Source of the DNA: Abditibacteriaceae bacterium | GTDB lineage: Bacteria; Armatimonadota; Abditibacteriia; Abditibacteriales; Abditibacteriaceae | NCBI GenBank assembly: GCA_965277285.1 | Contig: OZ255721.1 | Span: forward strand, 448,001 to 512,000 | Direction of reading: 5' to 3' | DNA length: 64,000 nt | Shown here: piece after piece, positions 58,016-64,000 of the stretch | How the letters are laid out: each line of letters starts with the position of its first letter | How positions within the stretch are numbered: the stretch's first letter is position 1 | The notes under the pieces: generated by a model | Databases searched by the model: none | The model's input: the letters and a program-made list of their open reading frames with translations, nothing else | What the model was told of the DNA's origin: nothing | Made by a program: the position numbers and the translations under genes

Positions 58016-59092
58016 ATGCACCAAACCGAACATCCGCAACACACATTCCAAGACGCCATTGATGAACGCGCCTTTCCGGGCGGCGTGGTTTTTCTGGCGC
58101 GCGACGGTGATGTGAAATTGCATGGAGCGTTTGGCACGACGGCTTACCGCGACGCAATTTCGCGCTCTGTCACAACGCAAACGTTATACGACATCGCCAG
58201 CGTTTCCAAGCTGTTCACCATGACGGCGACGCTCGTTTCAGCGCGCGAAAACGAAGTTTCGATTGATGAGAAGATCGCGCGTTTTCTGCCCGATTTCGAG
58301 TACTCGAAGGCGCGCGATGTCACGATTCGCCAATTGCTCAACCACACTTCAGGCTTGGGGATAGAAGTGCAGAGTTTGCACAAAACGCCAACCGAAAGTT
58401 GGGTGTCGCAAATCCCTAAAGCAGACTTGCGCGACCTTGCGGGAAACAGCGTGAAGTACAGTTGCACCAATTATTTTCTGCTTGGTCGTTTATTAGAAAA
58501 GTGGACGAACCAAGCGCTGGATAGATGGCTTGAAGAACGCTTGATTCGTCCGTTGGGAATGATGCGCACCACGTTTCGCCCGTTGACTGAGTATTCGTTA
58601 GACGAAATCGCGCCCTGTGAAATTGACGTGGAAACCGGCGCAGTTTGGCAAGGTATCGCACACGATGAAGCGGCGCGCGCCTGGATGCAGGAGCAGGGCA
58701 GCGCGGCGGGCAATTCCGGCTTGTTTTCGACCGCCGAAGACCTGGCAAAATTCGCGCAACTTTGGATTGACGAAGGTTTTTTCGACGGTCAGCAAATCGT
58801 TCATTCTGATGATGCGCGGCGTTCTTTCTCGGAAACCGTGCGCGCCGAGCATTACGATCAAGGCTTGGGCTGGCACGAAAACGTGTCGAGTTGGATGGGT
58901 TTGCGCGCGCCACAAGGCACCAGTGGTCACGCCGGTTTCACTGGCCCAACGTTGTGGATCGAGCCGCCGCACCTCGAATCGAGTACTCGAAGCGTTTGCA
59001 TCATTCTCAATAATCGCGTTTATCCTTCGCGCGATGGTGTTTTGCGTTTCAAATATCATCGTCGTATTGCGGAATGGTTGCACGGACATTGA
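58016..59092 (+). CDS. Serine hydrolase, beta-lactamase-related family
   Basis: ASVSK (SxxK), LLNHTSG, YSC, GLFSTAEDL, GHAGFTG, LNNRVYP. Confidence 0.9.
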   Translation: MHQTEHPQHTFQDAIDERAFPGGVVFLARDGDVKLHGAFGTTAYRDAISRSVTTQTLYDIASVSKLFTMTATLVSARENEVSIDEKIARFLPDFEYSKARDVTIRQLLNHTSGLGIEVQSLHKTPTESWVSQIPKADLRDLAGNSVKYSCTNYFLLGRLLEKWTNQALDRWLEERLIRPLGMMRTTFRPLTEYSLDEIAPCEIDVETGAVWQGIAHDEAARAWMQEQGSAAGNSGLFSTAEDLAKFAQLWIDEGFFDGQQIVHSDDARRSFSETVRAEHYDQGLGWHENVSSWMGLRAPQGTSGHAGFTGPTLWIEPPHLESSTRSVCIILNNRVYPSRDGVLRFKYHRRIAEWLHGH

Positions 59093-59125
59093 AGAGCATT
59101 TATTGCCTATAGGAGAGTGTCGAAG

Positions 59126-59281
59126 ATGCTTGGGTGTTTGATCGGCATACCTTTCTTCCTATTTTTCTTAATTGCAGGTTTTCTCGACTCCGTTAAAAAC
59201 GGCGATAGAAGTGACATGGCCTGCCAAGGAGGTTGTTTGTTAATAATCCTCTTTTTGTTTTGGCTCATATTCATTCACTAA
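59126..59281 (+). CDS. 51-aa two-helix membrane microprotein (not in ORF track)
   Basis: AGGAGA SD; MLGCLIGIPFFLFFLIAGFLDSVKNGDRSDMACQGGCLLIILFLFWLIFIH; stop at start of terminator. Confidence 0.55.
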   Translation: MLGCLIGIPFFLFFLIAGFLDSVKNGDRSDMACQGGCLLIILFLFWLIFIH

Positions 59282-59359
59282 GACGTAGTGTAAACACCAA
59301 AAGCGCCGTTCGAGTACTCGATTCTCGAACGACGCTTTTGGTGTTTACACTACGTCTTA
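59279..59359. terminator. 36-bp-arm bidirectional terminator containing the palindrome
   Basis: Arms 59279-59314 and 59324-59359 with one mismatch; each arm starts at a stop codon. Confidence 0.85.
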
Positions 59360-60448
59360 AACACTGAAACGGAAGTGCATTACGTCGCCGTCCTGGACGA
59401 TGTATTCTTTGCCTTCAACACGCAGTTTGCCGGCTTTTTTGGCGCCCGCTTCGCCACCCAATTCGATGTAATCGTTGAAGGCGATCACTTCAGCGCGAAT
59501 GAAGCCGCGCTCGAAATCGGTGTGGATGACGCCTGCGGCCTGCGGGCCGGTCGCGCCGATTTCGGTTGTCCAGGCGCGCACTTCTTTTTCTCCAGCCGTG
59601 AAATACGTCTGCAAACCGAGCAAGTTGTAGCCAGCGCGAACCACGCGATTGAGGCCAGGTTCGTCCATCTTCATGTCAGATAAGAACTCAATTTTTTCTT
59701 CGTGGCTCAAATCGACAATTTCGGCTTCAAGCGAAGCGCAAACTGGCACAACGGGCGCGCCTTCGGCTTTGGCGTATTCTTGAACCGCCAGAAAATGCGG
59801 GTTTTGCGTCGGGTCGGCGTCCGCGACGTTGGCGACATACATCACCGGTTTGGCCGTCAAAAAGGCGAAAGGCTGCAACAATTCGGTTTCGTCTTTGGAT
59901 AATTGCAGCGCGCGAATAGCGCGGCCATCATTGAGCGATTCGAGTACTCGTTCCAAGATCGGCGCGACTTGAGCCGCGATTTTGTCGCCGGTTTTGGCAG
60001 CTTTTTGCGTGCGCGTCAAAACTTTTTCGACGCTCGCTAAATCAGCCAGCGCGAGTTCGGTGTCGATGACTTGAATATCAGAAACCGGATCGACTTTGCC
60101 CGCGACGTGAACTACATCGCCGTTATCGAAGCAGCGAACGACGTGCGCAATGGCGTCAGTTTCGCGGATGTTGGCCAGAAATTGGTTGCCCAAACCTTCG
60201 CCTTTACTGGCGCCTGCGACCAGTCCGGCGATGTCGACAAACTCCGTCACGGCGGGAACGGTGCGCTGCGGATTGACGATTTTCGCTAATTGTTCGAGGC
60301 GCGCGTCGGGCACTTCGACGATGCCGACGTTGGGTTCGATGGTGCAAAACGGATAATTTTCCGCCGCGATTCCGGCTTTGGTGAGGGCGTTAAAAAGCGT
60401 CGATTTTCCGACGTTTGGCAAACCGACGATGCCGCATTTCAAACTCAT
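59357..60448 (-). CDS. ychF: Ribosome-binding ATPase YchF
   Basis: [52 protein letters not shown]. Confidence 0.97.
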   Translation of the reverse strand: MSLKCGIVGLPNVGKSTLFNALTKAGIAAENYPFCTIEPNVGIVEVPDARLEQLAKIVNPQRTVPAVTEFVDIAGLVAGASKGEGLGNQFLANIRETDAIAHVVRCFDNGDVVHVAGKVDPVSDIQVIDTELALADLASVEKVLTRTQKAAKTGDKIAAQVAPILERVLESLNDGRAIRALQLSKDETELLQPFAFLTAKPVMYVANVADADPTQNPHFLAVQEYAKAEGAPVVPVCASLEAEIVDLSHEEKIEFLSDMKMDEPGLNRVVRAGYNLLGLQTYFTAGEKEVRAWTTEIGATGPQAAGVIHTDFERGFIRAEVIAFNDYIELGGEAGAKKAGKLRVEGKEYIVQDGDVMHFRFSV

Positions 60449-60639
60449 TGTGTTTTGTTAGTCTCCAGAAAATTGCCGTTTCAGTATAGAACGGTGCGCA
60501 AGTTTTCGCCGATAGAGACAATAAGAAGCGGAGGAATATCTTCAGAAGTTTGTCGCGCTGTTCTTCATAAAACGATGCACAGATAACTTTATCTGTGCAT
60601 TGAGTACTCGAAGGTGTAGAGGACTATCGCCAACGTAGT

Positions 60640-62928
60640 TCAGCAGTCAAGGTGTAAGACCAAGTTTTTTATAAACCCACGAATCCTTGTATCCCAGTGC
60701 AATGGCACGCTTGCCAGGTTCGCATAAAAAACACCGTTGTCCGGCTTAGCTTTGATGGCTTCACGAAAGGCCGCTTCGGCGTCGCTGTATTTTTCCGCGT
60801 TGTAAAGGGAAGTCCCCAATATATCCGGGTAAATGCCGTCCTTGGGATCGAGGCGGGCTGCCTCGCGGTATTCTACGATGGCTTCATCCGTACGCAGTTG
60901 CTTGTCCAAAGCTTGGGCGAGCCAATAACGCTTCAAAGCGTCGTCCGGTTCGAGAGCCGTTGCGCTGCGATACAGCGATTCCGCAACAGCGAAGCGTTTC
61001 AAGTCGAAATAAACAGAACCCAAAACGAAAAGCTGCTTAGACTTCAAGCGAATCGCCTCGTTGAATTCGGGCGTCGCTTCGGCGAGCTTGCTCTGCTTGA
61101 ACAACGCTTCGCCTAAGCCAAAATGACAGAATGCGTTGTTGCTGTTCAGTTTGATGCCTTCGCGGTATTGCGCTTCGGCCTCCGCCCATTTCTCCTGCTT
61201 CAACAGAGCATCACCCAACTTGCGGCGATAATCTAACCATTGAGGAGCGATCTTCACCGCCGCTGCGTAAGCCGTTGCCGCGTCCGCCCATTTCTCCTGC
61301 TTCATCAGCATATCGCCCCACAAAGCCAAGATCGAATAGTCGTTCGGTTGAAGTTGTGAAGCCGCGCGGTATTCAGCTTCGGCTTCGCTCCATTTCTGGC
61401 CTTGCGCCAGGATGTAGCCAATCAACTGGTGCGTTGCTGCACCAGGCGCGAGTACCAACGCCTTGCGCGCTTCAAGTTCGGCATCGGTGAGCTTGTTTTG
61501 CTTCCACAATGCTTGGGCCAAGTCAAAGAGAAGATCGGCCCTATCGTTCGCATCTTGATTAGCCGTTAACGCCGAACGATAGGTTACTTCGGCTTCCCCA
61601 AAACGGTTTTGCTCCAGAAGATTAGTGCCTAGATTGCGTAAGTCATTAGAGAGGTTCTCGGGTTTATCAAGTCTCAAAGTCGTCCGCCATTCGGCATCCG
61701 CTTCGAGCAGCCTCTTCTGCTCGTATAATATCAGCGCCAAACAAAAATGTGAATATGCATCATCGGGCCTTTGGCTCACCAGTTGACGAAAGGCATATTC
61801 GGCATCAAGATACTTGCCTTCCTTCCTCAATGCGCTTCCCGCCTGATAAATACGTTCCAGTTGCTGTCCTTCCGCTGCGAGCCGCTTGCGTTCCACACGA
61901 CTTGCCAAGATGTCATCTTCAATGCGTTGTGCCCTTGCCTCGAGAGACTTCTGTTTGTCAATGGCACTCTGCGCAGCTATGTTAGCGATACTCGCAGAAA
62001 AACGACCTGCTTGTGTATCCGGCTGATGGTTCGCTGCATTAAGGTAACTAACAGCAGTGTCGTAGCTGCTTTGCGCATCGGCCATAACTTGCTTGTATTC
62101 GTTTAACGCTTTGTCTTCGTCCGCTGCCATCGCATTGAGTTTTTCAGCCGTTCCGTAAACGCTGGTGTCCTCCTTGAACTTGGCCATGTACTCGTTAACA
62201 ACTGCGCTGCGGTCGCCCAACACGACTTTAGGATAGACGCGCGGACGCTTCGGGTCGTCTTCCCACGCCAGGGCTTTTTGCAACGCGGCATCGTTGGCTG
62301 CTTGCGCTTCCTGCATCGCTTTTTGCGCAGCGGGTCGAGCAATAGCGGCATCCACGGCGGCCTTCTTTGTTGCTGCGGCCAAGCGTTCGGCTTCGGCTTT
62401 CTTGAGCGCGAGGTCGTCCGCTTTCTTTTTCTCTGCGGCGGCAAGAATTTTGGCTTCCGCGTCGGCGCGTTCGCCCAACTGATTGCGTGGTACGACTTCC
62501 AGTTCGCCCCACTGCGGATGCGTCGCCGTCATCTTCTTGATACGAACGCTGATGACTTTAATACCGATGGCACGCCGTTCCTTGCTTTCTTCCAGCGCGC
62601 CCGCCTTGAGCGCATACGATTCCGAATGCTGGCTTTTCTTGCCCGTAGCATCGGCAACTTCGGCTTCTACATCGAGCACGACCTCATAAGCATAACGATT
62701 GTGCAACGAGAAGAAGAGATAATCGCCCTCGTGTCTCCAACGCACATCGACACTGTTCCGGTAACCATCTTTGAGTGGCGACCACGCTGTCCAAGCGCCT
62801 GGAAATGCGGGCTTGGGTGCCTGACGGGCAGAACTGTTAAGAGCAGTCTGCGATGGTGAGGCTTTGCCGAGCAATGGTGCGCAAACAGGAATTGCGAAGG
62901 ACAAAACGATGGCTGCAATCTTTTTCAT
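60640..62928 (-). CDS. Secreted coiled-coil/TPR-repeat protein, C-terminus probably truncated
   Basis: Signal peptide, Ala/Lys helical region, about 10 TPR units (AEAEYRAA..P). Confidence 0.8.
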   Translation of the reverse strand: MKKIAAIVLSFAIPVCAPLLGKASPSQTALNSSARQAPKPAFPGAWTAWSPLKDGYRNSVDVRWRHEGDYLFFSLHNRYAYEVVLDVEAEVADATGKKSQHSESYALKAGALEESKERRAIGIKVISVRIKKMTATHPQWGELEVVPRNQLGERADAEAKILAAAEKKKADDLALKKAEAERLAAATKKAAVDAAIARPAAQKAMQEAQAANDAALQKALAWEDDPKRPRVYPKVVLGDRSAVVNEYMAKFKEDTSVYGTAEKLNAMAADEDKALNEYKQVMADAQSSYDTAVSYLNAANHQPDTQAGRFSASIANIAAQSAIDKQKSLEARAQRIEDDILASRVERKRLAAEGQQLERIYQAGSALRKEGKYLDAEYAFRQLVSQRPDDAYSHFCLALILYEQKRLLEADAEWRTTLRLDKPENLSNDLRNLGTNLLEQNRFGEAEVTYRSALTANQDANDRADLLFDLAQALWKQNKLTDAELEARKALVLAPGAATHQLIGYILAQGQKWSEAEAEYRAASQLQPNDYSILALWGDMLMKQEKWADAATAYAAAVKIAPQWLDYRRKLGDALLKQEKWAEAEAQYREGIKLNSNNAFCHFGLGEALFKQSKLAEATPEFNEAIRLKSKQLFVLGSVYFDLKRFAVAESLYRSATALEPDDALKRYWLAQALDKQLRTDEAIVEYREAARLDPKDGIYPDILGTSLYNAEKYSDAEAAFREAIKAKPDNGVFYANLASVPLHWDTRIRGFIKNLVLHLDC

Positions 62929-63024
62929 ATCTACTCCCCTGTACAAATCGCTTAGACAGTAACATAAACGCGAGAAAAAATTACGTTTGAGGACAAACGG
63001 TTATATGCGATAAGTAAAGCCGAT

Positions 63025-64000
63025 TTATGAAGGAAACCGAATTGATGCGCGCGTTTCTTTCACAATGCGCGCTGCGTCTTCCGATGTGTTTGCCAAAGCT
63101 GTCAAATGTCCCATTTTGCGCCCGTGACGCGCTTCGGCTTTGCCATATAAATGCAGCTTCACGTTGGGGAACCTTAACGCCGCTTCCCAATTGGGAATCG
63201 AGTACTCGTTATTCGCATCGAACCATAAATCGCCCAGAAGATTCGACATCGCGGCGGGTTGTAAAAGTTGTGTCGAACCCAGAGGCAGACCGCAAACTGC
63301 GCGCAATTGCTGCTCGAACTGACTGGTCACGCACGCATCGAAGCTGAAATGTCCGCTGTTGTGTGGACGCGGCGCCAGTTCGTTGATAATTAATCCGCCG
63401 TTTGGCGTCACAAAAAACTCGACGCACAGCACGCCGACGACATCGAGTTCACGCAAAACCGACTGCGCGATTTCAATCGCTTCCGCAGCGACGCATTCGT
63501 CCAAAAGCGCGGGCGCAATCGTCAAATCCAAAATGCCGTTCGTGTGTTGGTTTTCCACCACGCCATAATGCGCGAAACTTCCATTTAAACCGCGCGCGGC
63601 GACAACCGACACTTCTTTATCGAATGAAATGCGCTTTTCCAAAACGCCATCTTGTCCATTCAACTCCGCAAAGGCGTTTTCTGCTTGCTCGATATGGGAA
63701 ATCGAAGTCTGGCCTTTGCCGTCGTAGCCGAAACCGGCGGTTTTGAGAATCGCAGGCGCGCCGATGGTTTGAAGAGCTTGCGTCAGATCATCGAGTACTC
63801 GAATGTGCGCAAAGGGCGCGACGGGAAAACCGTGTTGCAAAAGCCATTGTTTCTCGCGCAAACGGTGCTGTGTGATGTGCAAGACTTCGCCGCGCGGACG
63901 CACCGGCGCCTTTTCTTCAGCGGCCTGAACCGTCGCAAACGGCACGTTTTCAAACTCGAAAGTCACGACATCGACATGGCGCGCGAAATCTCGCACCGCA
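63025..64000 (-). CDS. purK: N5-carboxyaminoimidazole ribonucleotide synthase, 5' end outside window
   Basis: VVTFEFENV, GYDGKGQ, NELAPRPHNSGH, SQFEQQLRA, HLYGK, RKMGH. Confidence 0.95.
   Translation of the reverse strand, partial: AVRDFARHVDVVTFEFENVPFATVQAAEEKAPVRPRGEVLHITQHRLREKQWLLQHGFPVAPFAHIRVLDDLTQALQTIGAPAILKTAGFGYDGKGQTSISHIEQAENAFAELNGQDGVLEKRISFDKEVSVVAARGLNGSFAHYGVVENQHTNGILDLTIAPALLDECVAAEAIEIAQSVLRELDVVGVLCVEFFVTPNGGLIINELAPRPHNSGHFSFDACVTSQFEQQLRAVCGLPLGSTQLLQPAAMSNLLGDLWFDANNEYSIPNWEAALRFPNVKLHLYGKAEARHGRKMGHLTALANTSEDAARIVKETRASIRFPS

Larger units (their letters stand above)
845..63802. repeat. Dispersed highly iterated palindrome TCGAGTACTCGA (about 49 perfect copies)
   Basis: Perfect copies read at e.g. 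845, 1752, 3578, 4720, 6144, 6818, 8862, 13651, 14166, 14809, 16820, 19558, 21650, 24024, 24209, 27023, 31084, 32714, 34830, 38600, 42155, 46941, 48358, 51147, 56137, 58005, 59310, 63791. Confidence 0.98.

Noticed and set aside
58016..59092. Bona fide beta-lactam resistance gene
   Set aside because: No signal peptide; motifs fit the broad esterase/amidase serine hydrolase family.
845..63802. Palindrome as a cloning linker or adapter artefact
   Set aside because: Copies keep reading frames in conserved genes, occur as degenerate variants and are built into terminator stems.

Overview
Bacterial chromosomal DNA of moderately high GC. Gene content and style suggest Abditibacteriota/Armatimonadota-like bacteria, which is an inference only. 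Housekeeping genes include a nitrite/sulfite reductase (partial), argB-argD-argF-argG, rpsF-ssb-rpsR, mfd, polX, ychF and purK (partial), mixed with secreted and hypothetical proteins. The strongest signal is a 12-bp perfect palindrome, TCGAGTACTCGA (usually WTCGAGTACTCGAW). I counted about 49 perfect copies by eye plus about 20 near-copies. They lie inside genes in all three frames (SSTR / EYS / RVL), in most intergenic regions, and as paired cores (GAGTACTC-N5-GAGTACTC) in terminator hairpins, resembling a HIP1/uptake-sequence-type genome signal that I do not recognise. Other notable features: an integrase-less integron cassette array after mfd (4 full attC, 1 remnant, a candidate attI-like entry site); a Ser/Thr kinase next to an Hhe-like DUF4011-helicase-nuclease-DUF3320 gene split by one in-frame TAG; sigma54-type promoters on tiny and stress-type genes; a PolX lacking its polymerase aspartates; two small ORFs missing from the ORF track; and several REP-like hairpin families. 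No rRNA, tRNA or CRISPR array was recognised. All counts and family calls are by eye and need computational confirmation.
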